Origin: a virus
DNA: 64,000 bases
IMG/VR virus record: IMGVR_UViG_3300016474_000281
Span: 1-64,000 of that record
Strand: one strand, 5' to 3'
The notes beneath the pieces are model-generated. The model did no database searches. It was not told the DNA's origin and saw only the letters and a program-made list of their open reading frames with translations. Shown piece by piece: positions 50,001 to 58,813 of the stretch; within the stretch, counting starts at the first letter, position 1; each line of letters opens with the position of its first letter. The position numbers and the translations under genes were made by a program.

Positions 50001-51184
50001 GGTACTAGCTTAGGTAGCTTGTAATGCTTTGTAGGGGTATCACTGATGATAGATACAGCTAACAACTTTACAGCTCTAGTCACATGGTCTAGTGGATCAC
50101 TCTCCCATGAAGCTTTCATAAAGGCATAGTCATTACCTACACTGTCTTCATCACCTTCATCTTTTTTAGTATCTGGATCAGCATCATCCCCTTCTTCTAA
50201 CTTAACACTGTCTTTATTTAAGCTTATATTTAATGTGCTTAACCTGGCATTGAGGTCATCTAACAGTTTAGATTCAGGTCTAACCATCAACTTATCATTG
50301 ACTACTTTTAACATGTCCGCATCTAAAGCGTGAAGTACTCTAGTGTCTTTGTTAGGGTCTTTTTCTAAAGCATCATATACATTTAATATAGCTCTGCCTA
50401 AGTAGCGTGTAGGTTCAACATCATCAAATGAACCTTTATCTGCTATATCGTTGAACAAGTTAGACATCATGTCAGCTACAATAGCTTCAACAAGTTCATT
50501 CTTCTGGTCAGTGGTAAGCTCTAACACTAATGTATCACCATTAAGCCCATCTGCTTTGTAGTTGAGTTGTATTCTAGCTTCAGCACCTTTGACACTATAA
50601 GACTTTACAGGTGCAGCTCTAAACCCTCCTTCACGTATAGTTCTGTATATACCTTCAATGTCTTTTAACCCTAACATCTTACGTATAAAAGCTAACATAC
50701 GTTGAAAGAAGTTTTGTACAGGCTTAGGTACTACATAGTTACCATCAGCTAACTGATACATCATAAATTCATCTGCTAACAATTCTTCAATCAACGTATC
50801 TGTATCTGCTTCTGGGTATAGTTTCTTCTTGTTCTTTAGTGATTCTTTAAACCCTTGTCTCCCTTTATATTCCTGTAACAATGCTTTACGTTGTTCATCA
50901 GTAAGCATCATTCTAAATACTCTATGGAAAGCTTCGTGGTATTCATCACCTTGTACAAACATATCTGACAGTAGTATCTTACCATCTTCTTGAAACCTAC
51001 CTACAGCTTGGTTGTTAATAAGTCCATGTACTAGTTCAATGTCAGACTCTTCCATGTCTAACAAGTTAAGTACATTTTGTTTAGCTTGATTGATGCTACC
51101 TAGCTGCACTCTACCTTGTGCAATAGCTTCTAACATCTCATTCTTAGAATAAGTCTTATCTCTGTACGTATATTGACAAGCCAT
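44009..51184 (-). CDS. giant multidomain virion protein (2391 aa); candidate crAss-type virion RNA polymerase
   Basis: DFDID Asp triad encoded at 46718-46732; N-terminal zincin motif HEAFH at 50924-50938; C-terminal HFGNPF...AYKNWI (DUF4326-like). The size and context match the crAss-like virion RNAP genes. CDS confidence is high, but function confidence is about 0.5. Confidence 0.8.
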   Translation of the reverse strand: MACQYTYRDKTYSKNEMLEAIAQGRVQLGSINQAKQNVLNLLDMEESDIELVHGLINNQAVGRFQEDGKILLSDMFVQGDEYHEAFHRVFRMMLTDEQRKALLQEYKGRQGFKESLKNKKKLYPEADTDTLIEELLADEFMMYQLADGNYVVPKPVQNFFQRMLAFIRKMLGLKDIEGIYRTIREGGFRAAPVKSYSVKGAEARIQLNYKADGLNGDTLVLELTTDQKNELVEAIVADMMSNLFNDIADKGSFDDVEPTRYLGRAILNVYDALEKDPNKDTRVLHALDADMLKVVNDKLMVRPESKLLDDLNARLSTLNISLNKDSVKLEEGDDADPDTKKDEGDEDSVGNDYAFMKASWESDPLDHVTRAVKLLAVSIISDTPTKHYKLPKLVPFNDIIYTLYKMLKDTPQNWNNVEAVLRANINEKPWVKVLLERLGTVAGVPASEAKVKLRNQFLASLNNVYYEMYKGVWSEDNLQVQPLDENTRFETQIRDMKMRLLSAYKSNSDLLDALQNPNLIANFKALTGITLTSEILNTVLPGSNNTVKRVITDMVTVTTDFLQTVQNVSGTNLSFANVFDRKLMLDPKGRDYAILGSLRKVLTVANRYAPNEQGVILNHNNDRVFPFTKTTYQKQIENAINYVVNLPVDEEGDIVSQRIAYLEKLLPFYVQDSFNFYQDSEGNWRTNSVLLKQWLLGDRFNINLFTGMTYTDGVDAKNLLAPDMIPMLIRSALTVTGTEVKYFGIKHGDRGSIFAGSFESKQDYLENVNPVNYLANLLYDELRVWSNRKDYKVFKKMGGDQLKLFSFLNIKDLSKDVTLTPRQLADKYKSALEGYVKQLEDDFLQYLKDVYADASGTIPTIDGVPIYLSKEIYDSLKGKVEPAMRQVARKYIIHYHEDLRVFSGYAGEYPNMANLFKRIQSLSSSGVPLVNDKDTNRIVVESNKKDTYTIDGVTYTYGDPQLKSQGIIKEKTLVGPRTSLTQEELAQMKQVFKDGLINYDKLPETIAEQRAEEWIIAFKDYEEADGATYTNMFFYREYKTRLGQWSQQLENTFQLELAILNQNTLDPLVYLSADGKVSAVNKVGYQPVKLMDQEDSANTRPGAFKDMDKKRKKLLAPFTMLKPIYSGPVTHQEVTVNGIRKTSFHLITPSMALGTGKLKQLHEYMLKNGTDILPLDSATKKAVPANIENIDVEQYSVEDNTFSYLRADYLKEQVAMSNEEKGKIKNATQSVTIMMSNLYNNEGIPKDLPADFGNRDTWNELSEDQKKAASKIYTAIANYRDALKAVLDKHYDNVKKQLGIDEQGNINNLDRVKESIKAQLSQPNLLAAVDLLDKDTPIDLLASFNRLEPVLFSLVSNEAVRTKRPGEMMAQFSVYGYGQDDVPGQRSNRLQNYRIENGVVKPAEVIIPLPVSMIDKLLAMTGETNIAKAIQKYNKGSNKIIVKSLRIPNQQLSFNGVYAVKEFALPTMQNYIVLPSEIVPISSSDFDIDKQQVYMPEIDRSGKSAESVYNRLLGAEIELLLLPENFHTLMAPVNEAWLSKDLFKQVLDAKKVKYDKNDLESVTIALQFSDVGSIAKQLPNAVNMAQSKINVGLVANNAKQYPVSVIDGWTATSRVLTDKGVLVNKIPFEGDRSNYYSMYDSDYRHITESVSTVLTSQVDGVKNPYAVMLNIQKNTIGPLMLAIRRGVSSELMVNAVASPLVSRYLLAKDLFESTTVKAKNLQGVLKGKREDLILEHAFGKAVADRIRDELSKVGELTVTAEQVAKSFTNQADAIQVLAAYIHTEKLADEQLRVGVANTPDTKPAQNASAVEDQNQRILELQQSSMIQQSVEDGFMNMFYKQWELYKNLTSLYFTYKGDAKLLYKDIVPAVSERIYGSGKLKVMKDLVNGFKSHFFVKKVLAKYPVYSFENIMQTNWIDELINRANLPGDILYGNTFLQQLQTVKEVAKDPVTDKNVTITYLKNRGGHELYLKDMYDNFQDLSVEEQRKFIMYNAYVKSLFGFSPFTVSEAIDYKVFNDFAKEVGFYDMNIGVNEIAEYANAVPSYYPEAFRNKAKQFNLVKYGVNNVYNGVRYSRGQNKYGALTIDRLSNPYVMRWNTPATMNQVKPDMFKKVSEKTMLSVSKPTIDLSREWKGDLESRPVYTAEGVNVMRTTAANPNEHFGNPFSEAGYGNTVKVDSIADAVAAYKNWITTNLEIVDRYTNADVKTNLNKIYVFGDNTQRTGTGGQAQIRNNPNAMGIATKLAPSNAESAFMTDKDLAKNKIVIDGDISKIKAIGKNVVFPKDGLGTGLAKLKEKAPQTYQYLKQRLLEEFGFNNDTGMQINSQQREWILTQINQGKLDGATLLYAGKLANRGQGTHVTALAEVVEQLRTDGSRTTFSLTDIPNELKTQC

Positions 51185-54100
51185 TTATTTACAGTTTGTT
51201 TTGTTTATAATACCTCTACTTACAGCTGCTTCTAATATTGATTCTGCATCTCGTCTTAAATCTGCTTTCTTACTAGTTTTAAACTTCACTAAGTCAGCTA
51301 TTGCATTTACTTTTGTAATGTAAGGATTGTTATACATTGACGTATCTCCTTTCAAAGCTTTCCTAAAATCTTTCCTGTTATTATAACCTAAAGGCAACAA
51401 CTTAGCGTAGTCTGGTTTCATTGAAGTAGGTATCTCTGTTACATACATGTTTAAAAGTACAGCCATAGTTCCTTGTGCTGCTTTCTCTATGTTTAACAAA
51501 TCACTAGACTTCTTGATGTTTAACGCTTCTCTAACTTCTGGAGCTATACTTGTAATACGTATCTGAGTAACTCCTACAGAAGGATTCTTATCTATACCAA
51601 AACTCTGTAAGTCTAATTGCACAATGTCTGTCAGATAGCCTAACCTACCTCTTACCCTACCATATTCACCAAAGCTACTCTCTCTACCAAAAACACCATA
51701 AGCTAACTTAGCTATGTTATCGTATGTAGCTGAAGTTACTGTAGGATACAGCTTAAGCAGTTGTGGTTTCACATTAAACAAGTTGTCTAAGAATTGTTGG
51801 CCATGAGGTGTAGTTTGATCTACTTCATAACCTTTAACATCTTTCTGTAAAAACACTCCTACTTTATTATAGTTTGGTCTAGCTATGGCAGATATTAACA
51901 TCTGACCCCATATACTCTTAACCTTACCCTGTAACACATCTTCAATGTTATCCTGGTGTACTCTACCATGAATGTTGTGTTCTAAAACTAGTTTACCATC
52001 ACCAGACTTTTTGATGATACCAGCATGTGAAGTATATACGTCTATACCTTCCCTATATGCTTGTTCAGTAAACATAGAACCTTCATAGAACAAACTTACT
52101 ACATCTCCTTCCCTGAATGAGTTGATATCAATTTCAGATCTAGTAGCATTGATTTGATTCTTTACTGAAGCTGTTATACCTGCTTTGCTTAAACCTTCTT
52201 TCTTAACATAGTTTTTAAAAGCATTATATACAAATGTACCACCACCACTTCTAACCATATTACCTGAAGCTGTCCAGGCATGTCCAAATAAACCTATCTC
52301 ATTGTATCTGTTACCACCTACAGTAGAAGCTATCTGGTTGTTAATAAATTGCTGACACCCTTCAAACTTAACATTACTAAATGTACTGGGTAAGAAACTA
52401 GCTTCTACAATGTTTACAGTATTAGGTACAGCTCTTAACGTACCATGAGGTGCTCTGATCTGACCTGTGTTGTAGTACAGCGTTAAAGCTAATCCAGATA
52501 AAGTAAGAAACTTTACAATGTCTTTAACTAGCTTACGTAGCTTTTCTCCTAATGTTTTACGTACTTTACCATCATTTTGTAAAGCAGTTCTAACTTCTTG
52601 TTCAACTAAAGCTTGTACTTCTTCTTCTTTAACGTTGTTTTCTTCTGCTATCTCTTTCTTTAACTCATCGTCGATACTATCTGCTACAGCATTGGTTATT
52701 ACTGTATCATTAGTTTGTTGTACAGCTTGTTCTACTGTTGCAGTAGTAACTTCTTCATCTGGATCAACACCTGATGTGTTAAGGTTGTTACTTTCAAGTA
52801 CTTCTTCTTTTTGCTCTGTAGTTAAAGTATCTATGTTGTCTATAGTGACACTGTTAGGTTCTTCATCTTGTTCTTCAGTTAATTTAACAGATACACCTTT
52901 AGACCTTAACGCTGCTATAGCTCCTTGACCTTTATTTGTATTTTTAGCTGGAGCTGGTTGTGTTACGGGTGCAACTGGTTCAAGTGGTGCTGTTTGTATA
53001 TTTGGTGTTGCAGGTGCAGCTTGTTGTTTTACAGTTTCAGTTTCCTCTGGTGTTACTGTTGTTGTAGCTTCAGGTGCAGTTGCAGTTTCAGGTGCAAATG
53101 TTTGAGTTAATGTTTCAAAGATAGAACCTTTCTTTTCAGCAGCAGGTTCAGGTTTTGTTTCTTCCTCTACCTGTGTTTGCACCCCTGTCTTAGCTAATCC
53201 TTTATTTATCTTAGCCTTAGCTGCCTCCCAGTTTACACTAGCTCCAGCTTCTGCTAACATCTCTTCAATGACATTAGCTTCTTGCATGAAAGGTATAAAC
53301 TTACTGTTAGATAGCTTATTGTTTAACTTGTTCTGAAACTCACTAAACGACTTACTCTGGTTCATCAAGTTAATAAACTCTTGTATAGCAGCTAGCTTAT
53401 CTACACTAGCTGCTGGAGCAGTTGTTGGAGCAGGTGCAGAAGGTTTAGGTTGATAAGGTTGTTTTACCTTTATTTCTTGTTTAAACAATTCAGTGTTAAC
53501 TACCGCACCACTATCATCAAACTCTAAATGTCTTTGTGCAAACCTGGGTAAACCGTATTTATCTAACACTTCTCTGCTAGGGGACTGTACAAAAGACCTG
53601 TCTAACACAGCTTTAACATAGCTATGTCCTACGTTGATAGACTTTAGTTTTTTACTACCATCCTTGTTAGTTATAACTTCCAACTTATAATGTGTACCAG
53701 ACCTGTTCTGCAACAAGTTGTAGTTAGCATTGAATCTCTTTGTTCTTAGAAAATCAATCAGAGGAGCTAAAGCTGCATAGTCACCTTTCTGATATGCTTC
53801 CATGATAGATAGCGTAGTCATAGTTTGGTTTCCAAAATGCAACACCCCCTTAGTAACATAGATGTCATATTTTTTAGGAGGTCTTTTAAAGTCTGTACCC
53901 CAGTTCATAATCATGCTCATAAGTGATACAGAACCAGACTTCATGTTTAACACTGGAACATCTTTAAGGTCTACATCTTTACTACCTATACGTGTTGAAC
54001 CCTCTAACCCATCCTCGTATATGTCTTCTAATTTAGATACTTTACTTATATATCCACCTAGCTTGCTAATCAGATATAGAGCTACCTCAATCTCACTATC

Positions 54101-57100
54101 TGTAAGGGTTTGTGTTTGTAAAGGTATCATTGAGCCATCATTCAGTTCTATGTACACTCTACCTGACTGTAACCCACTTAGTTTTTCATCTGAGAACGAG
54201 CTATCACCTATACCTTTAAAGTTAGCTTTTACTACACCAAACTTACCTTCAGCAGGATTACCTGCTTTATTTAAAGTTAAACCTAGTGATTCAAGCGTAG
54301 GAAAAGCCATAGTGTTACCTGCATCATCTACAGCTTTAACAGCTATACCTCTACTTACTCTAACTACTTTCAACACATCTCTAGCATCTACACCTAATGC
54401 TTTTTGTTCAACTGCTTTATCTCTTACTCCTTTGATGAAAGCTTCGTACTTCAACTTGTTATATACTATAGCTAGAGGTAGTAACGCACCGTACACCTCT
54501 TGCTTAGTCTCTAATCCTTCTAGTGATATGTCATACCCTTTCTCAACCATCTTAGCTTTCAATGCAGCTAACTTGTCTTTGTTGATAGGGTCTGTAGAGG
54601 TTATGTCTTTGCTCTTTAAGTCAATAGTCTTTTGTGAACTATCTAACAAGTGGTTTATGAAGTTAGACAGTAAAGCTCTATTGGCTACTTTAACCGTATC
54701 ACCAAACTTAACTTCTGGAGTCATCAAAGAGTTTATCAAAGGTAAACCTTCATGGATCATCACTTTGTTATCTCTATCTAGTATGACTATATATACAGCA
54801 CCTTCACGTCTATCTTGTGGTGTACCACTAATAGCTTCTCTTAACTGACTAGCTGTATCTGCATCTGTTATATCACTGAAGTCAGTATCGTTAAATGCTG
54901 GTACATAAGGTAGTACTTTAAACTCATCTCCTTGCAATGTATCTAACCATCTAAAGAATGCTTTTTGAAACTCACTAGGATTGACTACAGGTAACTTATA
55001 CCCTTCTTCAGCATCTAATAATTGGTCTTTACCATTACTGTCTTGTTCTAAGTTACGACCAGAGCTAGTTGCTAAAGCTAATGTCTTATTAGTTGTTTCA
55101 TCTAAATCTACTTTAGGGAAACCTTCTTCATCACTTAGTGGATCCCAGGGAGGTCTAACTTGCCCACCTGATAGCTTACGTAGCTTCTTATACACTCTGT
55201 TGTATAGGTTTTGTAAGGCTTCTCTTTGTTGCTCTACTATAGCTACCCGTTGCTTTAACTTATCTAGATTGTTATATCTAGGTTGTGTATATTCTTTTAA
55301 TTTCTGTTCTGCATATTGACTAAAAAATATAGGAGACGTTACATCTAGAGGTAGATAAGGTGCTACATCTTTGACAAAGCTATCTAGTACAGATTCATAC
55401 TCTGTTCCAGCAGCAACATTGTACAAGTATTTAAATACATCGTTGATGTCACCAGAGGCTAAAGCTTCAGCTAGACCAGCCCACTTATCTAGTATCTCTG
55501 TAGGTACATCTTTCTTAGTTACACCACTAGCTTCAATCTCATTAAGCAACAAATCAATTAAAGTCTTAGTGTTCTCTAAATCTATCTTTAACTGATTAAA
55601 CTCTTCTACATCATTTGTTATGTTGCCTATCTGTTCATTTAACTTCAACAGTATCTCATCTATCAACCCTTGTTCAAAGATGTCAATGATGCCTTGTAGT
55701 TCAGTAGGAGCTAGTTTAGTTTCTTCTAACACAACAGCATCTTGCAGTACAGCTTCAAAGAAAGCTCTGTCATACAGTTGCATGAACCCTTCTTTAGGTT
55801 TAGCTAGCTCTACTAACTTATCTCTGTTTTGTAAAAAGTATAACTGAGTATTCTGTAAAGCATTGACTTGTGCTGTCAACATGTTTACTTCAGCTTCTAA
55901 GTTAGTTACTAAAGCTGTGTTAGTACGTATAGTTATCTCTAACTGATTCTTTAACTCCCTTAGCTTATCTGCTTCTTTTTGAAATGCTTTACGTACAGTC
56001 TTTTTCTTAGTGAACTTAGCTAGTACTTCTTCTAGTTTTTGCTTAGCTGTCTCTAATACTTTCTTAGTGGAATCTAAGTTTCTTTGTGCCTCACCTAATG
56101 TTCTTTTTAGTTCTTCAGACCTACTACCAAAAGCTGTTAACATAGCTTCTACCATAGTGTCTTGCTCAATCTTAGCTAAGTCATCATCTATCTTCTGCTT
56201 AGCTATCTTGTATTCAGCTTTAGTAAGTACAGTAAGATTGCTGAACTGCTTTATCTTAAACAACTGCAACCAGTCACTAGGTTTGTTCTTAAACCTTAAC
56301 CCACTAGTTCTATTTGTTATTACAAATCCATCTGGTTCTTGTATAATCTCATAGATATTGCCTTTCTTGTTCTGTACATAAAAAGGTTCTAATACTATAG
56401 GTAGTCCAGTCTCAGGGTCTCTAATTACATTATACCCTTTGCTTAACAACACATTGGCTATGATGTTATATACAGCTACCCTATCTCCTTCAGGTAACTC
56501 TATGCCATCAAACCTTATCTTAGAACCTGCTTTAACCAGTTGTCTAGCTTGTCTATCTGCTTCCCATCTCTCTTTCAACCTGGTAGCTGTAGCATTGTCT
56601 AACAACCTAGTTTTTAGTTCTGTAGTAGTAGCATTTAACAAAGCTAAGTCAGTCATCTTAGCTTCATAGTTCACTACCCCAGACTTTATATCTGCTATTT
56701 GTGCATCTCTTTCTTTTAGTAGATCATCTTTTTGTTCCTTAGTAAGTTCTTCTCCAGCAGCTCCTTTGACTTTATTATTGTATATGTTCTTAGCTTGTTC
56801 AATCTTTTTAGTGGCAGCCTCTGTCTCTTGAGTTAGTTTCTCAGCTATCTCTTCTAGGTTAGACATGTATAACATACTATCTACAGCTCTCATGTTAGAC
56901 TGCAACATGAACTTTTCAAAGTCTAACTTTTCTTCAGGTGCTACTTCAATACCGTATCTAGTGTTTACATTGTAAGTACGAGCTGCTTGATATATGTTTT
57001 CAAACTTCTTAGCTCTACCCCTCATGTCTTCAACCAGCTTTTTCTTAGCATCTGGTTTTAGTTTGACACCAGTAGATAGTTCATATCTCTCCTCTAAAGA

Positions 57101-58813
57101 ATCAGCTACATCTTCTATATGTGCATCTAACATTTCAAATCCAGCAGGGTTACTAGCAAACCTACTGAAGTAAGCTATATCTCTATTTAACCTCACTAAC
57201 TCTAAAGCTGAAGCATTGCTGATAGACTTTAAACCACTTGTTAGTGATTCTGGTATTAACGTATTTATGATTTGCTTAGATTCTTCTGGTGACAGTTTTA
57301 TGTCTTGTGTGAACAACACATTTAAGTCAGCCATAGCTTTAGTTACATCACCTTCATATTTCTCAATGAGGTCATCAAAGTAATTACCTATAGCAAACTT
57401 GTATGTCTCATCTTGTAACTTAGTAGCATCTAACTTACCTTCTACAGATAAGTTCTTCAACTGGTCTTTACCTAGTTTGAGGTTGCTAAAGTTACGGGTC
57501 ATAACATCAATCAACCCTTCTTGTTTCTCTTTAGCTGTGTAACCTAACATAGTCTTTAACTTACCCATAGGCGTGTCAGCTATTGTAGTAGCTTCTCTAC
57601 CCATAAGTAAAGCTTTTTGGTCTCTCACATCTGCAATACCACTGATACCACCTACAGCTCCACCTAACAAACCACCTAAGAATACAGACTTACCAAACTC
57701 TATGTCTGGATCATCACCAAACAAGCTTTCAAAGTTTTCAGCATATCTTTGTAATGACCTGGCAAAGTCTCCTTCAGCTTGTTGAAATGTAGTTTGTAAA
57801 CCTTCTTCAATAAAACCTTCAGCTATAGTTCCTGCTGCAAACTTTACCAAACCTTGCTGTATTGGTTTAAAGGCAGGAGTACCACCTTTCAAAGCTGTAG
57901 ATAGTTGTTTGCCTACACTAGGTAATCTGTTAAACCCATTGAATACATATTTCTCTAACAACGTGTTACTCACAGTAAGTAACGCCATGTTCAACCCCAT
58001 CACTTTGTTAGCTATGATACTAGCTTCTTCTGGTGTCTTACCTTCCTGTATCATAGTCTCATAGGTGTCCATAGCTTCAGCTGAACTCTCTAAGACAGTG
58101 TTTACAGTTACAGCTAAACCAGAATCAATGTTTCTAGCTAACTTACCAAAGTCCATACCTCTGCCAGTAGAACCTAGTGTCTTTACTAAGAACTTACCTA
58201 GCTGGTTAGTATCACCTGTAAGCTGTACAAACTTTGAACCATCTACAGCTAAATCACCTAACTTACCTGCCTTAGCTATACCTCTTGCTGCAGCACCTCC
58301 TACACCTAATGTCTTTATCCAAGCTCCAGGTATCATAAAAGATAATAAGGTACCTACAGCATCTGCACCTTCTGAAGCAAAGAAGTATGGATTAAATATC
58401 TGACCCCACAACCCTTTCTCTTGTACACTAGGAGGTACATATACTTCAGTAAACCTACCTAGTGCAAACTCTTGTAAAGCGTTGAAGTTTTCTAACCACA
58501 AGTTATCCATAGCTGTAGTAGAACCCATTGCTGAACCTATAGCACCATAGATGTTACCAGGTGCTTTCAATGTTTCAAACACTACATTCTCTACTATGTT
58601 ACCTACACCTTTGAGTATAAGCTCACCAGTAGATTGAGATAAAGCTCTAGATTCTTCTAACCCTCTAATGCCACCTGCAACAGAAGCTATGGGATCAGCT
58701 CTCTTAAAAGCTTTAGTGTCATACTCAATACCACTAGGTGCTTGTATCTTAGGTGAACCCCCAACTAAAGATTGCATAGTCTTAGGGTCAATCAAATCTC
58801 TAAACTTAGCCAT
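51185..58813 (-). CDS. giant virion/ejection protein (2542 aa) with a C-terminal TM segment, CHAP/NlpC-P60-like peptidase and SLT lytic transglycosylase
   Basis: FGRESSFGEYG...GVTQIR (SLT, about 51400-51720); C..HAGIIKKSGDGKLVLEHN (Cys/His peptidase, about 51950-52360); TM FLTLSGLALTLYY; Pro/Ala/Thr/Glu-rich linker; long coiled-coil stretches. Confidence 0.85.
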   Translation of the reverse strand: MAKFRDLIDPKTMQSLVGGSPKIQAPSGIEYDTKAFKRADPIASVAGGIRGLEESRALSQSTGELILKGVGNIVENVVFETLKAPGNIYGAIGSAMGSTTAMDNLWLENFNALQEFALGRFTEVYVPPSVQEKGLWGQIFNPYFFASEGADAVGTLLSFMIPGAWIKTLGVGGAAARGIAKAGKLGDLAVDGSKFVQLTGDTNQLGKFLVKTLGSTGRGMDFGKLARNIDSGLAVTVNTVLESSAEAMDTYETMIQEGKTPEEASIIANKVMGLNMALLTVSNTLLEKYVFNGFNRLPSVGKQLSTALKGGTPAFKPIQQGLVKFAAGTIAEGFIEEGLQTTFQQAEGDFARSLQRYAENFESLFGDDPDIEFGKSVFLGGLLGGAVGGISGIADVRDQKALLMGREATTIADTPMGKLKTMLGYTAKEKQEGLIDVMTRNFSNLKLGKDQLKNLSVEGKLDATKLQDETYKFAIGNYFDDLIEKYEGDVTKAMADLNVLFTQDIKLSPEESKQIINTLIPESLTSGLKSISNASALELVRLNRDIAYFSRFASNPAGFEMLDAHIEDVADSLEERYELSTGVKLKPDAKKKLVEDMRGRAKKFENIYQAARTYNVNTRYGIEVAPEEKLDFEKFMLQSNMRAVDSMLYMSNLEEIAEKLTQETEAATKKIEQAKNIYNNKVKGAAGEELTKEQKDDLLKERDAQIADIKSGVVNYEAKMTDLALLNATTTELKTRLLDNATATRLKERWEADRQARQLVKAGSKIRFDGIELPEGDRVAVYNIIANVLLSKGYNVIRDPETGLPIVLEPFYVQNKKGNIYEIIQEPDGFVITNRTSGLRFKNKPSDWLQLFKIKQFSNLTVLTKAEYKIAKQKIDDDLAKIEQDTMVEAMLTAFGSRSEELKRTLGEAQRNLDSTKKVLETAKQKLEEVLAKFTKKKTVRKAFQKEADKLRELKNQLEITIRTNTALVTNLEAEVNMLTAQVNALQNTQLYFLQNRDKLVELAKPKEGFMQLYDRAFFEAVLQDAVVLEETKLAPTELQGIIDIFEQGLIDEILLKLNEQIGNITNDVEEFNQLKIDLENTKTLIDLLLNEIEASGVTKKDVPTEILDKWAGLAEALASGDINDVFKYLYNVAAGTEYESVLDSFVKDVAPYLPLDVTSPIFFSQYAEQKLKEYTQPRYNNLDKLKQRVAIVEQQREALQNLYNRVYKKLRKLSGGQVRPPWDPLSDEEGFPKVDLDETTNKTLALATSSGRNLEQDSNGKDQLLDAEEGYKLPVVNPSEFQKAFFRWLDTLQGDEFKVLPYVPAFNDTDFSDITDADTASQLREAISGTPQDRREGAVYIVILDRDNKVMIHEGLPLINSLMTPEVKFGDTVKVANRALLSNFINHLLDSSQKTIDLKSKDITSTDPINKDKLAALKAKMVEKGYDISLEGLETKQEVYGALLPLAIVYNKLKYEAFIKGVRDKAVEQKALGVDARDVLKVVRVSRGIAVKAVDDAGNTMAFPTLESLGLTLNKAGNPAEGKFGVVKANFKGIGDSSFSDEKLSGLQSGRVYIELNDGSMIPLQTQTLTDSEIEVALYLISKLGGYISKVSKLEDIYEDGLEGSTRIGSKDVDLKDVPVLNMKSGSVSLMSMIMNWGTDFKRPPKKYDIYVTKGVLHFGNQTMTTLSIMEAYQKGDYAALAPLIDFLRTKRFNANYNLLQNRSGTHYKLEVITNKDGSKKLKSINVGHSYVKAVLDRSFVQSPSREVLDKYGLPRFAQRHLEFDDSGAVVNTELFKQEIKVKQPYQPKPSAPAPTTAPAASVDKLAAIQEFINLMNQSKSFSEFQNKLNNKLSNSKFIPFMQEANVIEEMLAEAGASVNWEAAKAKINKGLAKTGVQTQVEEETKPEPAAEKKGSIFETLTQTFAPETATAPEATTTVTPEETETVKQQAAPATPNIQTAPLEPVAPVTQPAPAKNTNKGQGAIAALRSKGVSVKLTEEQDEEPNSVTIDNIDTLTTEQKEEVLESNNLNTSGVDPDEEVTTATVEQAVQQTNDTVITNAVADSIDDELKKEIAEENNVKEEEVQALVEQEVRTALQNDGKVRKTLGEKLRKLVKDIVKFLTLSGLALTLYYNTGQIRAPHGTLRAVPNTVNIVEASFLPSTFSNVKFEGCQQFINNQIASTVGGNRYNEIGLFGHAWTASGNMVRSGGGTFVYNAFKNYVKKEGLSKAGITASVKNQINATRSEIDINSFREGDVVSLFYEGSMFTEQAYREGIDVYTSHAGIIKKSGDGKLVLEHNIHGRVHQDNIEDVLQGKVKSIWGQMLISAIARPNYNKVGVFLQKDVKGYEVDQTTPHGQQFLDNLFNVKPQLLKLYPTVTSATYDNIAKLAYGVFGRESSFGEYGRVRGRLGYLTDIVQLDLQSFGIDKNPSVGVTQIRITSIAPEVREALNIKKSSDLLNIEKAAQGTMAVLLNMYVTEIPTSMKPDYAKLLPLGYNNRKDFRKALKGDTSMYNNPYITKVNAIADLVKFKTSKKADLRRDAESILEAAVSRGIINKTNCK

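Noticed and set aside
53862-54848. A 328-aa plus-strand ORF, and about 25 other plus-strand ORFs of 60-136 aa, lie inside the giant minus-strand genes (36.3-63.9 kb).
   Set aside because: They are antisense to uninterrupted 0.9-2.5 kaa ORFs with recognisable domains. Their products are Ser/Leu/Pro/Cys-rich low-complexity strings typical of the reverse frame of Lys/Glu/Ala-rich coiled-coil genes.
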